A stretch of DNA of 64,000 bases from Nitrosopumilus sp. (GTDB taxonomy: Archaea; Thermoproteota; Nitrososphaeria; Nitrososphaerales; Nitrosopumilaceae): contig OZ241981.1 in assembly GCA_965204345.1 (NCBI GenBank), positions 640,001 through 704,000 on the forward strand. Reading direction: 5' to 3'. The translations under genes were made by a program, and so were the position numbers. Under the pieces are notes generated by a model. It was not told the origin of the DNA, made no database searches, and saw only the letters and a program-made list of their open reading frames with translations. Of this stretch, positions 1-10,320 are shown one piece after another (position 1 is the first letter of the stretch; each line of letters opens with the position of its first letter).

Positions 1-2
1 AT

Positions 3-341
3 ATTGGCATGCATGTCTTTGACCTTGCCCATAAAATTCTCAGCAGACACTATTAATTCGGAGACTTCATCATCCAAATCCCTTAGGGAATCAGCAGTTT
101 CAGAAATTATAGAGGTAAAGTGGCGTAAGATTGAGCGCATCTCTTTTTTATCAGCATATTTGCACATCATAAAATCGGCAATTCCAACGATTTTATCCAG
201 ATCCTGCAACTCCTCAAGAGTTAGCCGGTCAATTTTAGAGTCATCTGGGGATTTTACTTTGGATAGTCTTTTATCAATTTTAGAGGAGACTGATCTGATG
301 CGCCCTAGATCCTTTGAAAAATTTCGCTTTGTGCTTAGCAT
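3..341 (-). CDS. Hypothetical protein, runs off the left edge (MLSTKRNFSKDLGRIRS...)
   Basis: Own translation of minus strand: ATG at 341, open to the window edge, directly downstream of 343..906. Confidence 0.6.
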   Translation of the reverse strand, partial: MLSTKRNFSKDLGRIRSVSSKIDKRLSKVKSPDDSKIDRLTLEELQDLDKIVGIADFMMCKYADKKEMRSILRHFTSIISETADSLRDLDDEVSELIVSAENFMGKVKDMHAN

Positions 342-342
342 T

Positions 343-906
343 TCAAGTGTTGCATAGTTTGAAAAAATCAAGATTAGGATACTGCTTATTTAATTTAGAG
401 TCCACCATCAATTTTACTTCATCAAGCAGGGATGAAGACTCTGCATTTGATTGGCCAAAGTCAAAACTTGCAGTAGTTAAAGACGCAGAATCAAGGGCAA
501 TACTGCCCAAATGAACTGATATTTCAGACAGCTTTTGACTGCAGTCAGGAAGAATCTCAAATAATTGTGCACTGACAGTCCTAATCATGGGAATGGATAC
601 AGGTAAAATTTCAGGTATGCTGCCCACATCAGATATTCTTCTTATACTGCTTTTTACCCGGAGAAGTATTTCCAAAGAATATGCAACAAGATGCTCTAGT
701 TTCAATGCATCAACGTGAGACTTTTCAGACTCGTCAAAGTCAAAAGACAGATCACTGTTTGATTTTTTTAAATCATCTAGTCTCTGAGAAAGAATCCCAA
801 CAATATAGTCTAACAAATTTACAGAATAGTCCAGTCTGGGAACTAGGGTTACAGAGTGGGAAATGTTTTCAGCCTCCAGCGAATTAACATTGCATTTTAC
901 CAACAT
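343..906 (-). CDS. Conserved hypothetical protein
   Basis: 187-aa helical ORF, co-oriented with neighbour. Confidence 0.65.
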   Translation of the reverse strand: MLVKCNVNSLEAENISHSVTLVPRLDYSVNLLDYIVGILSQRLDDLKKSNSDLSFDFDESEKSHVDALKLEHLVAYSLEILLRVKSSIRRISDVGSIPEILPVSIPMIRTVSAQLFEILPDCSQKLSEISVHLGSIALDSASLTTASFDFGQSNAESSSLLDEVKLMVDSKLNKQYPNLDFFKLCNT

Positions 907-1066
907 GCCAAGAGTTGCTTCTATATTTTGTATTTGAGGAACGGTGTAACAGGTAATTTAGTAACCACAGTTACATCCATCAGCAGATACAGTTTTGATT
1001 TTTTTTGAGTATTTGTGTAAAGGAATTTAGCTCTTGATTTTACCTAATAACAAATCAAGGAAAAAC

Positions 1067-2227
1067 ATGGTAAACGAGCATGTCTTAACAGTTAGCTTGG
1101 AGGAATTTGGATTAAGCAAGTACGAGGCACAGGCATATGTGGCCCTTATTGCAAAGGGCACAGTTTCAGCAAGCGAATTGGCATACTATTCGGAAATTCC
1201 GCGGACCAAGATTTACCCGACTCTGTTAAAATTGGAAAACAAGAAACTGGTTATTATCTCAAAAAGTAAGCCGATTATGTGTACTGCAACTGCGCCTGAA
1301 GATGCATTTGACGGAATAATCCAGGAGCAGATTAACAAGGTTAATGCGATGAACTCGTTGATTTCAAACTTGAAGAAAGCAAGCGAGGAAAGTAGAAAAT
1401 CAAGGGGATCAGAAGAAAAAAGGTATTCCCATCTGAGTGCAAACAATGTGTTGGCTCAGCTTCAGACAATGATAGACGGATCAAAGTCATCAATTAAGAT
1501 AATGGCAGACCAGTGGGGTTTTGGGCTATTAGGAGAGTGCAAGGAACAGCTATTGTCAGTTTCACGCCGCAATTTGGATGTCAAGATTCTTGTGTCACCT
1601 GCACAAATTTGTTCAGAGGTATACAGAAAGATGCCAGACGGGATTGAGGTTAGGGCCTCAGAGACGACCCAGAACTGCTTTATTTTTGATGAAACAGAAC
1701 TGCTGCTAATCAATAACAACAATGGAAGGGGCGCAGTCTTTTCATCTACGGAAATTTTAGGAGTAAATCAGGAGAAAATATTTTCAAATATTTGGAAAAA
1801 TGCAGTTAAGACAAAGGCTCTTGCAGACATGACAAAAACAGAGGCACTAGAGATTTACAAAATAATCAAGACAACAAACGAGGCAGGGCTAATGCACCTT
1901 CTAAGTTCTCCAGCCACATCAAAAAAGCCAGAATCAGAGATGAACAAGCTTTTAGAAAAGAACGGAATATCGCTGAAAACCAAGACATTTGAGGACGTAA
2001 TTGAGATAATGGATGCAGTGATGCAAATTACATGCTCAGGACACGTTAATTTTGAGGCAAATACCAGAAACATCACAGTAGAATCAAAGTTAAACAGCGG
2101 GCACTCATTGCCATGGGTGTCTATTTTGAACGGGTGTCTTCAAAAGCAGGGATACAAGACACGAACAGCATATCAAAGCAATTCCAATAAGGGTGAAAAA
2201 GTACACATCAAAATAAGCAAAAGTTAG
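1067..2227 (+). CDS. TrmB-family transcriptional regulator
   Basis: N-terminal LEEFGLSKYEAQAYVAL...SEIPRTKIYPTLLKLENK wHTH followed by PLD-like sensor region; ATG at 1067 preferred to TTG 1034. Confidence 0.9.
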   Translation: MVNEHVLTVSLEEFGLSKYEAQAYVALIAKGTVSASELAYYSEIPRTKIYPTLLKLENKKLVIISKSKPIMCTATAPEDAFDGIIQEQINKVNAMNSLISNLKKASEESRKSRGSEEKRYSHLSANNVLAQLQTMIDGSKSSIKIMADQWGFGLLGECKEQLLSVSRRNLDVKILVSPAQICSEVYRKMPDGIEVRASETTQNCFIFDETELLLINNNNGRGAVFSSTEILGVNQEKIFSNIWKNAVKTKALADMTKTEALEIYKIIKTTNEAGLMHLLSSPATSKKPESEMNKLLEKNGISLKTKTFEDVIEIMDAVMQITCSGHVNFEANTRNITVESKLNSGHSLPWVSILNGCLQKQGYKTRTAYQSNSNKGEKVHIKISKS

Positions 2228-2376
2228 ATTTCTAAAACAGAATGTCATGCTAAAATGGCATACATGCACTCATTGCAATACTAGGGGAAAAAAGTACCAA
2301 ATGCTTGCAAAAAAGCGGCAGATTTGCAGTCTGGTACATGCACCTATAATAAATAATTCAAAGCAATCAAGAGTAC

Positions 2377-2982
2377 ATGCAAACGGTTTCAATAAACTAT
2401 ATTCTAGAATGCATGAATGATCAAAGAAATTACTTTGGAGACATGTGGGAAACATGCCTTGATAACAAAAAGAGATTCAGCAGGGCCAAACTAAAGGAGA
2501 TACTAAAAAAGATGGAAATACTGGGACACATTGAAAAACACGGTTACAAAAACGATACTTACTATATCAAACACCATCATCACTCATTAGAGGAAAATGT
2601 CGGATTCATTAACAACGTAACTTTTAGTTACGAGTCTAAAATAACATCACTGTCAAAAAAACTAGAAAACAAAAAAATATTTTTAGACATATCAAAAGAT
2701 CTAAATTCGCACAAGCTGAGCAATCATGCAAAAACAGACTATGAATCATTGCTACTGGCAATGACTGGCATGTTTGAATTGGCATCATCAGTCGTGTGGA
2801 CCAGGGAAAATACCAAAGACAGGAATTTGAAAAAGGAATTAAAAAGATGCGTCAAGCAGATTCACGAATTCACAGAGAAGACAAATCAAAGACTGCTAAA
2901 CGGGAGAAAGACAAAAGAAAGGATAATACTGCAAAGGGATTTTAGCAGCAAAATTCCAAAAGCAGGATATCTCAAACTCTAG
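2377..2982 (+). CDS. Hypothetical protein, possible N-terminal winged helix
   Basis: 201-aa ORF; FSRAKLKEILKKMEILGHIEK resembles a wHTH wing. Confidence 0.55.
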   Translation: MQTVSINYILECMNDQRNYFGDMWETCLDNKKRFSRAKLKEILKKMEILGHIEKHGYKNDTYYIKHHHHSLEENVGFINNVTFSYESKITSLSKKLENKKIFLDISKDLNSHKLSNHAKTDYESLLLAMTGMFELASSVVWTRENTKDRNLKKELKRCVKQIHEFTEKTNQRLLNGRKTKERIILQRDFSSKIPKAGYLKL

Positions 2983-3162
2983 GATCACAAATGCTGCTAC
3001 TGCCAAAGTATAGCATGTACCGGATCCTATCACAAGTGCTACTAGAAGCACAACAGATCACATTTTTGCACCATACAGGATTTCAGTTGCTTCAGACACA
3101 ATAAAATGAGAAAGCCATCAGTGTAAAAACTAAAATCAGACAAAAATTTAGCAACAGTCGTC

Positions 3163-3618
3163 TTGATTGAAGAAAAACTTGAAGCCCTGGGAATTAGGCT
3201 GCCAAATCCGCCCACTCCTGCAGGATCATATGTTCCAGCAATAAAAACAGGGAACTTGTTATTCATTTCAGGACAGATTCCAATGGAGGATGGAAAGGTG
3301 ATATTTACAGGCAAGGTTTCAAACGAGAATCTGGAGACTGCCCAAAAATCAGCAAAAATGTGCGCAATTAACATCTTGGCGCAGATAAAAAGGGAATTGG
3401 GAGATCTGAACAAAGTTGCCAGAATAGTAAAAGTTTCGGGATTTGTAAATTCAATGCCGGAATTCTCTGAACACCCAAGAGTTATCAACCCAGCTTCGGA
3501 TTTATTCTTTGAGTTGTTTGGCAAAAAAGGAAAACATGCCAGAATCGCAGTAGGGGTTGCATGCCTTCCACTAGACTCTATGACTGAGATTGATGCAATA
3601 GTTGAGTTCTCACAATAA
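3163..3618 (+). CDS. RidA/YjgF family protein
   Basis: PAGSYVPA...LFISGQIP...HARIAVGVACLPLD motifs. Confidence 0.9.
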   Translation: MIEEKLEALGIRLPNPPTPAGSYVPAIKTGNLLFISGQIPMEDGKVIFTGKVSNENLETAQKSAKMCAINILAQIKRELGDLNKVARIVKVSGFVNSMPEFSEHPRVINPASDLFFELFGKKGKHARIAVGVACLPLDSMTEIDAIVEFSQ

Positions 3619-3666
3619 GGAATTTGTCTTAAATAGATTTTTGGAGCTAAAACATCCACGGTACAA

Positions 3667-3858
3667 ATGTGCAAGGGGCTGTGTGAACGCCTAAAATCAA
3701 CATCGTTTACAAGTAATCTGCGATACAAGATTGGACAGAAATGGTGCTCACTGTGTACACTGTTCTTTTTTACAAAAGAAAACACGTGTCCATGTTGTAA
3801 AACCAGATTAAGAACAAAATCAAGAGGAGGCAGTAAGCGTGAACTGCCCAGAATGTAA
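3667..3858 (+). CDS. Small Cys-rich zinc-ribbon protein
   Basis: CKGLC, CSLC, CPCC motifs and basic tail. Confidence 0.65.
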   Translation: MCKGLCERLKSTSFTSNLRYKIGQKWCSLCTLFFFTKENTCPCCKTRLRTKSRGGSKRELPRM

Positions 3859-4066
3859 CCATGAAAATGGGGGGGGAGGTTGCCAGTGTCTTTGTTGCTG
3901 CTGTTTGATTTCACAGATAGGATGCATGTATTGTATTCTTCCAGTTCTAGGGTACAGAGAAGTTAAAAAAATGCAAAGAAAAAGAAAAAAGCAGACATGG
4001 AATCAGGGATTAAGGGCCCATCCAATTAGAGAGATAATTCATATATCTCTACAAACAAGAGAAAAC

Positions 4067-4891
4067 ATGCCAAGGATTTTACTGCCAATGGTAATGATGA
4101 TTGCAGTTTCAATGATCTCAGCATCGGCATTTGCAGAATCGACAATGGAGTTAAAAGCATCCAGCGAGAACATAAAGGCACTAGACTCTGTAATAATTAC
4201 AGGCAAGATTACAGACGTGTCAAACTTTAAACCAGTAAAACTATCAGTAATGGCCCCAGACGGTGCCATTGTATATACCCCGCTAGTCACAATTGACGGA
4301 AATGGGGAATTTAAAAAAGTACTACATCCAACTCTTCCAAGTTTTAAATCCGGAACATACATCGTCACTGCAAGTCATGAAGATACGGAAGTTACAGCAC
4401 AGGCAGAATTTACAGTGACGTCTCAAGAAATACCAAGAAACCCAGCAAGCCAGCCAATACAGGAAAAACCAGTCAAAAGAGTAATCCCAGCAATTACAAG
4501 CAGCATCACAATGGCAGCAGATGCAATAAATGGATCAGACACAATAACAGTAACAGGAAATACGAGTTTTAGAGGAACAGACATTACATTGATTGTAAAC
4601 TCGCCGATTGGAAATGTCATTACAATTGCACAGGTAGCTCCTGATATCGACGGGGATTTTGAGTTGGAGGTTAACGTTGGAGGACCGTTATGGAAAGAAG
4701 ACGGGCTGTACACAATCACTGCAAACCAGGGCTCCTCATCAGAGCACAGAACGTCAATTCAAGTAGAAGTAAAAGACGGGCTAGTCGTACCGGAATTTGG
4801 AGTCATAGCATCACTGATTTTAGCAGTATCAGTCATCTCAATCATCATAGCATCAACAAAATCAAGGCTTGCAATACTGCCCAGATACTAG
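4067..4891 (+). CDS. PEFG-CTERM sorting-domain surface protein
   Basis: Signal peptide from ATG 4067, two Ig-like repeats, C-terminal VPEFG + TM helix + basic tail. Confidence 0.9.
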   Translation: MPRILLPMVMMIAVSMISASAFAESTMELKASSENIKALDSVIITGKITDVSNFKPVKLSVMAPDGAIVYTPLVTIDGNGEFKKVLHPTLPSFKSGTYIVTASHEDTEVTAQAEFTVTSQEIPRNPASQPIQEKPVKRVIPAITSSITMAADAINGSDTITVTGNTSFRGTDITLIVNSPIGNVITIAQVAPDIDGDFELEVNVGGPLWKEDGLYTITANQGSSSEHRTSIQVEVKDGLVVPEFGVIASLILAVSVISIIIASTKSRLAILPRY

Positions 4892-4903
4892 ACTTGGAAG
4901 AGT

Positions 4904-5278
4904 ATGACCGGGTCTAGCCTAGACAGTATAAAATCAGAAAAATACATCTTGCTTGAAACATACAGAAAAAACAGCCAAGCAGTCAAGACACCAGTATGGT
5001 TTGTAATAAGAGACGGCAGGATTCTAATTGTAACAAGAGAACATACAGGAAAAATAAAACGGCTTCAAAACAACCGTCAGGTCAGAATCGCAGCATGTTC
5101 AATCAGAGGAAAAGTTTCAGGCTCGTGGATATCAGGCACAGCAGAAATTTTGGCAGGCACAGATACGGCAAAAGCTGTAAAACTAAGAGATGAAAAATAC
5201 GGATTTTTATCCAAAATTGCCAAGTTGCTAACCAAGTCCAAAGGCAATCTAGTGGCAGTTTCAGTCAAGATAGATTAA
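4904..5278 (+). CDS. PPOX-class F420-dependent oxidoreductase
   Basis: LETYRKN...TPVWFV...GKIKRLQNNRQVRIA signature. Confidence 0.85.
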   Translation: MTGSSLDSIKSEKYILLETYRKNSQAVKTPVWFVIRDGRILIVTREHTGKIKRLQNNRQVRIAACSIRGKVSGSWISGTAEILAGTDTAKAVKLRDEKYGFLSKIAKLLTKSKGNLVAVSVKID

Positions 5279-5753
5279 GAGACTTTTGCAGGCTTTGCTC
5301 CTGCCTTAGTTTTAAGGCAGTCAATCCAGAAAATCCAAAAATAATTACCAAGCCAACATAGGCCAGGGCTTGGCTGTGCTCTATTAGTACTGCTGAAACA
5401 CCTGTCCCAACCACGCTTGGCAGCAAAGACAGTGCGTATAGCCACCAGCCGCAGCATCCCAGGGGAACCAGTGAAAAAAACGAAAAAAACGAGGTAGCAG
5501 CAGTGCTGCCACCATTTGCCCCAAGCGCCTTTTTCTTTACGTCAAGCTTACATCCTAGCACCTTGCTTTTTTCAGACAGAAACACTTGCAATCCAATTCC
5601 TGCCCCCATTCCGACAATTACAACAGAATTTAGCTGAAATGCAGCACTGACTGCATCTAGGGGTTCCAGTGCAGGAGTGGTAAGTACGACAACCAAAAGA
5701 TAAAGAATGACAGTAGTAATTCCAGCAAAAATCGCTTTTCTAAGAGGCCTCAT
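5265..5753 (-). CDS. Integral membrane protein with intramembrane CC motif
   Basis: About 4 TM segments, LGCCGWW; translationally coupled to 5753..6865. Confidence 0.7.
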   Translation of the reverse strand: MRPLRKAIFAGITTVILYLLVVVLTTPALEPLDAVSAAFQLNSVVIVGMGAGIGLQVFLSEKSKVLGCKLDVKKKALGANGGSTAATSFFSFFSLVPLGCCGWWLYALSLLPSVVGTGVSAVLIEHSQALAYVGLVIIFGFSGLTALKLRQEQSLQKSLNLS

Positions 5754-6865
5754 TATTTATCACCATAAAGCAGTGTGTCAGGGTGAAAAGCTACCCATTC
5801 AAACCAAAATCCGGGCTCAATGGGCATTCTGTTTAGCTGCTTTCCGGCAAGGTCCCCAGAGACAGACAGGCCGTCATAGTTCCATTCAGAACCAGTCTGA
5901 ACATCAAAAATTTTATCATCTGCAAAGACAAAATCCAAAATTTCATCATCATCTACTATTCGCTCAAAAGAACGGGAATTTTGTGCAAACAAGGAAACAA
6001 GCAATATTGGCACATCGCCAACATAGTCGTTAATCAGGGTGCTTGATTCAATATCAGCCTGCGTATATGCCTTGTAAATGCCGTTTTGATTAAAGCCAAT
6101 GATTATCTCCTTGGGGTGTAGCCTATCATCACTGTGCTCTACAGGGAAGATGATTCTAGGTTCGGTATAATAATTGCCGTAGGGATCAGTTGCATATGAG
6201 CGGATATGGCCTGTGTCAGTGGTGAGGACAACAGTATCAGGATGAAGGGATTTCCAGTCGCCCCATGTGATTACATCAAATGGAACCAAGTTTAACTGAT
6301 ATCCGCTTAGTTTGCCCTTAACTGCCATGCCAAGTGCCTGACTCCAGTATGACTCTGTAAATCTATCATACATTAACAGATTACTATTGTATAACTTTCC
6401 AGAAGTTCCAAACTCTACCTCCCGGCCGTCAATTACGCGCTCAAAGACCTGATTGGTATAACACAGTGGACAGTAGGTCACAGAGACTGGGATTCCGCCG
6501 ACATGATCATTGACAATTTCATGCCAGACTAAGATGAAGATGGGATAGGCCTTTGCCTGACCGTTTATCTCCAATCCAATAACAACATCAGAGTCGGACA
6601 TAAAATCAGAATCAGAGACACTTGCAAACACAGGGTTATCAATGGAGGGAATGCCGTCTTTTGGGGGACCGCCGCCCCTTATTTTGTCAAGGGGAATCAG
6701 GTGTTTAACCCCATTAGTCTCCATCAGAGACAGTGCAGCAGATGTTGGAACAAGAGCATCAGAGTCAGATGCAGAGATATCAGCTGAGGGTTCCTGGTAT
6801 TGAAGCACAACAAATATTGTAAGCATAACAAATCCAATCACAGGTATGAGCAACTTTAGATTCAA
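5753..6865 (-). CDS. DUF3179 domain secreted protein
   Basis: GGPPKDGIPSIDNP, HEIVND, TYCPLC, FGTSGKLYNSNLLMYDR motifs. Confidence 0.85.
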   Translation of the reverse strand: MNLKLLIPVIGFVMLTIFVVLQYQEPSADISASDSDALVPTSAALSLMETNGVKHLIPLDKIRGGGPPKDGIPSIDNPVFASVSDSDFMSDSDVVIGLEINGQAKAYPIFILVWHEIVNDHVGGIPVSVTYCPLCYTNQVFERVIDGREVEFGTSGKLYNSNLLMYDRFTESYWSQALGMAVKGKLSGYQLNLVPFDVITWGDWKSLHPDTVVLTTDTGHIRSYATDPYGNYYTEPRIIFPVEHSDDRLHPKEIIIGFNQNGIYKAYTQADIESSTLINDYVGDVPILLVSLFAQNSRSFERIVDDDEILDFVFADDKIFDVQTGSEWNYDGLSVSGDLAGKQLNRMPIEPGFWFEWVAFHPDTLLYGDK

Positions 6866-6911
6866 TTTTTAAATAATTTTCATTCACAAAATATTAAAAA
6901 ATTGTGCCAAC

Positions 6912-7388
6912 TTGATTTTAATTTGGATAAATCCTTTTAATGAATCTCAAAATCGTTTAGCCATGAAAAGTAGCGCAAGCCTGCTAAAAGAAAATGTGCT
7001 GCATGATATTACCCACTGGGGGATAAGCGCATCAGTTGGTGCAATATTCATAGTACACAGTCTGAAAAAATTTGACCCCAGTTGGCAGGAATGGCTAGTG
7101 AGCATAGGGATTCCACCAGAGTTGCAGTTGCCCATTGCACTAGCAGAGCTCATAGGGGGAATACTGCTAGTCGTGGGAGTACTAACTAGAATAACAGGCT
7201 CAATCCTTGCCATAATACTGCTGGGAGCAATATTTCACATTAGATGGGAAAACGGATTTTTTGTATCCAAAGGAGGATGGGAATGGGATCTGGTGATGCT
7301 AGCTGCAGTTCTTGCAATTATTGCAGCAGGTCCAGGCAGAATATCAATTTCACACATTGCAAAGAGGATTCCCAGGTTCCTGCAGTAA
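6912..7388 (+). CDS. DoxX family membrane protein
   Basis: AELIGGILLVVGVLTR...GGWEWDL...GPGRIS. Confidence 0.85.
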   Translation: MILIWINPFNESQNRLAMKSSASLLKENVLHDITHWGISASVGAIFIVHSLKKFDPSWQEWLVSIGIPPELQLPIALAELIGGILLVVGVLTRITGSILAIILLGAIFHIRWENGFFVSKGGWEWDLVMLAAVLAIIAAGPGRISISHIAKRIPRFLQ

Positions 7389-8537
7389 CTATCTTATTTT
7401 TTTGTTTAGTTCTGTAATGAATTTTTTTATTTTTGGTTTGGGAACTACGGCCCCGCATGCTTTATCATGGCCGCCACCAGAACCGCCAAGACTGGTTGCC
7501 AAGACATTTACAATTTTGCCCAGGTGAACTTTGCAATTTTTGGAACCTCGGACTGAGACGGCATAGATGCCATGATCAACGCGCTCTTTGTAGGCCACGC
7601 CAACATCTTTTCCGGAGAGACCCATTACAAAATTGACAGCGCCGCTTGCACCAGAATCCAGAATCTCCATATGGCCAAGATTTGACATGGTCTTCATTCC
7701 TTTCTTTACTTTGGCAATCATCTGAGATAGTTTTTCCACTTGAATTTGCGCAAACTCAAAAGTATTTGGAATGTCATGAGGGAACTTTGAATCGGCCAGT
7801 TCTTCAACCAGATACTGCAAATAATCAGGCTCCCTTTGGCGTCCTACAATATTATAAGTCATGACAGTTGCACTAATCAAAGCAAATTGACGGTCATAGA
7901 TTTGAAGCAGTTTTGAACCAAGTGGGCTATCCTCCATATAGTCAGTGATTGCAGCACATGTTGCAACAAAAGAGGCGTGATCTTCAAGTCTGGACGAATA
8001 GGCATGGTAAACCTGGACAGTGGTACACTCGTGAATATCATGAATTACCTTGACCTTGATTTTTTCTAGGGATTTTACAACGGCCGGATCAATATCATGA
8101 TGATCAATATAAGTAACTGAAACCTTGTTTTTTCTCAGGGCAGTCAGAATATCAACGAATTCATCCTGGGTCTTTTTACTTAATCCCAAGTCACATATGA
8201 ACAATGACTTTAATTTTTCATCTAAAGCTACCTGGTTTAATGCCTCCATTTGCCCAGGATAGTCAACGAGGATTGCATCACCGCCAAACGCTTGTCGGAT
8301 TAATGCAGCAGAACTGATTCCGTCACAGTCCTCCTTGTGGGAAATGCAGATAACCTTTGTCCGCTGCGTTTTAGAAGCTTTTTTGGTTACTTTTTTTGTT
8401 GTAGGCTTGCCAGTTGTTTTTTTAGCGGCAGTTTTTTTGGCTGCCTTTTTGGCCGCAGGCTTGATGGCTGTTTTTTTAGGCCTTGGGCTAGCAGCCTTTT
8501 TTTTGACAGGTTTCTTGGGTTTGGATACGGCAGCCAA
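7389..8537 (-). CDS. DHH/DHHA1 family phosphoesterase with Lys/Ala-rich N-terminal tail
   Basis: HKEDCDG, YIDHH, GGGHDKACG motifs. Confidence 0.85.
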   Translation of the reverse strand: MAAVSKPKKPVKKKAASPRPKKTAIKPAAKKAAKKTAAKKTTGKPTTKKVTKKASKTQRTKVICISHKEDCDGISSAALIRQAFGGDAILVDYPGQMEALNQVALDEKLKSLFICDLGLSKKTQDEFVDILTALRKNKVSVTYIDHHDIDPAVVKSLEKIKVKVIHDIHECTTVQVYHAYSSRLEDHASFVATCAAITDYMEDSPLGSKLLQIYDRQFALISATVMTYNIVGRQREPDYLQYLVEELADSKFPHDIPNTFEFAQIQVEKLSQMIAKVKKGMKTMSNLGHMEILDSGASGAVNFVMGLSGKDVGVAYKERVDHGIYAVSVRGSKNCKVHLGKIVNVLATSLGGSGGGHDKACGAVVPKPKIKKFITELNKKIR

Positions 8538-8583
8538 TACAGATTAAAAAATCACGAGCCCTCATTTAAATGAAGAATAAAAA

Positions 8584-8775
8584 TCAGGACTTTCTAAAAG
8601 GCTTCTTGATGCTTTGGTTAATCAAGGAACTTGAATCAATGTATACATCACAAAATGACAGCCCGTCCATCTGGGTTTGCTGATCAACTTCTTGAATTTC
8701 TTTTAATTTCTCAGGTGATGCGCCAAGCACCATCTCATCTAGTTTTTTTAGATGTTCACGCTCTTTGGGGGTCAT
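8584..8775 (-). CDS. Small hypothetical protein
   Basis: 63-aa ATG ORF filling the intergenic gap. Confidence 0.5.
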   Translation of the reverse strand: MTPKEREHLKKLDEMVLGASPEKLKEIQEVDQQTQMDGLSFCDVYIDSSSLINQSIKKPFRKS

Positions 8776-8893
8776 TTAATTTTTGATTAAAAATTCTCAT
8801 TTATTACCAAAAGTTGTCATATTAGACTAAATGCTAAATTCATAGACACGATTTTAGCAAAAACATAATAGAAGATTTTCACATAGGCTCAGC

Positions 8894-10057
8894 ATGGAGA
8901 CAAAAAATATCGGTCTGCGCGGCATTGAGGTAGCCGATACCAAAATTTCAAACATCGACGGAGAAAAAGGCAAGCTCATCTACAGGGGATTTGACATTTT
9001 AGATCTTACAAAAAATTCAACGTTTGAGGAAACAGCGTACCTGTTACTATATGACAACCTTCCAACAAAGCAGGAATTAGACGAATTTAATGCAAAATTA
9101 GTGGATGCAAGGTACATTCCAAAGCAAATGCAAAAAAACATGGGAAACTGGAGAAAGGATGCAGATCCAATGGACATGCTTCAGGCATTCGTATCTGCAC
9201 TTGCAGGGTATTATGATGAAGAATTTTCAAACAAGGATGCCAGCTATGAGAAGGCGATAAATCTTATTGCCAAAGTTCCGACCATCATTGCAAGCTGGCA
9301 GAGAATACGAAACGGGTTAGAGCCAGTAGAACCTGACGGATCCCTAAATCATGCGGCAAACTTTCTGTACATGATGTCAGGAGTAAAGCCGGATTCGGAG
9401 GTTGAGAAGATATTTGACGTGTGTCTGATTCTTCATGCAGATCACACTTTTAATGCATCGACTTTTACGGCAAGGCAGGTTGCATCAACGAGGGCCCACA
9501 TGTATTCAGCAGCCAGTGCAGCAATAGGCGCACTCAGTGGAGAACTGCACGGAGGAGCAAATACCGAAGTCATGAAGATGCTTTTGGAAATTGAAAGCAT
9601 GGACAAAGTAGAGGAATGGATCAAAAAAAGCATGAGCGCAGGAAACAGAATTATGGGAATGGGCCATGCAGTGTACAGAACATATGATCCAAGGGCCCAA
9701 GTGCTAAAAGAACTATCAAGGAAACTTGCAGAAAAAACCAAAGAGCCATGGTTTGCAATTACAGAAAAAATAGAGACTGCTACCATTTCAGAAATGAAAT
9801 CCCAAAAGGGCAAAGAGATTTATCCAAATGTGGATTTGTACAGTGCATCAATTTACTATATGCTAAAAATTCCAGTGGATCTTAACACGCCAATATTTGC
9901 AATTTCCAGGGTTGCAGGCTGGGCAGCCCACATCATTGAAGAAAAGTTTGCAGAGGCCGCGCCAAAACCGGCACTGTACAGACCCAAGGCAGTCTATGTT
10001 GGAAAATATTGCGGACCGCAGGGTTGCGAATACAAAACGCTAGACTTGAGAAAGTAG
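8894..10057 (+). CDS. gltA: Citrate synthase
   Basis: LHADHTFNASTF, LHGGAN, MGMGHAVY..DPR, YPNVD motifs. Confidence 0.97.
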   Translation: METKNIGLRGIEVADTKISNIDGEKGKLIYRGFDILDLTKNSTFEETAYLLLYDNLPTKQELDEFNAKLVDARYIPKQMQKNMGNWRKDADPMDMLQAFVSALAGYYDEEFSNKDASYEKAINLIAKVPTIIASWQRIRNGLEPVEPDGSLNHAANFLYMMSGVKPDSEVEKIFDVCLILHADHTFNASTFTARQVASTRAHMYSAASAAIGALSGELHGGANTEVMKMLLEIESMDKVEEWIKKSMSAGNRIMGMGHAVYRTYDPRAQVLKELSRKLAEKTKEPWFAITEKIETATISEMKSQKGKEIYPNVDLYSASIYYMLKIPVDLNTPIFAISRVAGWAAHIIEEKFAEAAPKPALYRPKAVYVGKYCGPQGCEYKTLDLRK

Positions 10058-10059
10058 TT

Positions 10060-10320
10060 TTAATTTCTTGTACTAAGCCAATCTTTTGCCGTAGAGTCTA
10101 CATTGTGTTTGTACAGTACCTCAAAGATCATTTCATAAAAGGTAATGCCCTTTTTGCGTGCCTCATGATCTAGCCATTTTATCCCATTGGCTAATTCAGG
10201 ATCATATTCTGAGGACTCTACTAGTTCATCTACCACCTTTGAGAAGAAGGAGTGGGACTCAAGCATGTCTAGACTTTTCAAACTATGATCATAAGGAGGG
10301 TATTCAAAATATATAGACAA
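10060..10320 (-). CDS. Conserved hypothetical protein
   Basis: ELANGIKWLDHEARKKGITFYEM; start may be the internal Met. Confidence 0.6.
   Translation of the reverse strand: MSIYFEYPPYDHSLKSLDMLESHSFFSKVVDELVESSEYDPELANGIKWLDHEARKKGITFYEMIFEVLYKHNVDSTAKDWLSTRN

Noticed and set aside
3042-3914. 290-aa minus-strand ORF
   Set aside because: Antisense to RidA and the zinc-ribbon gene; no recognisable motif.
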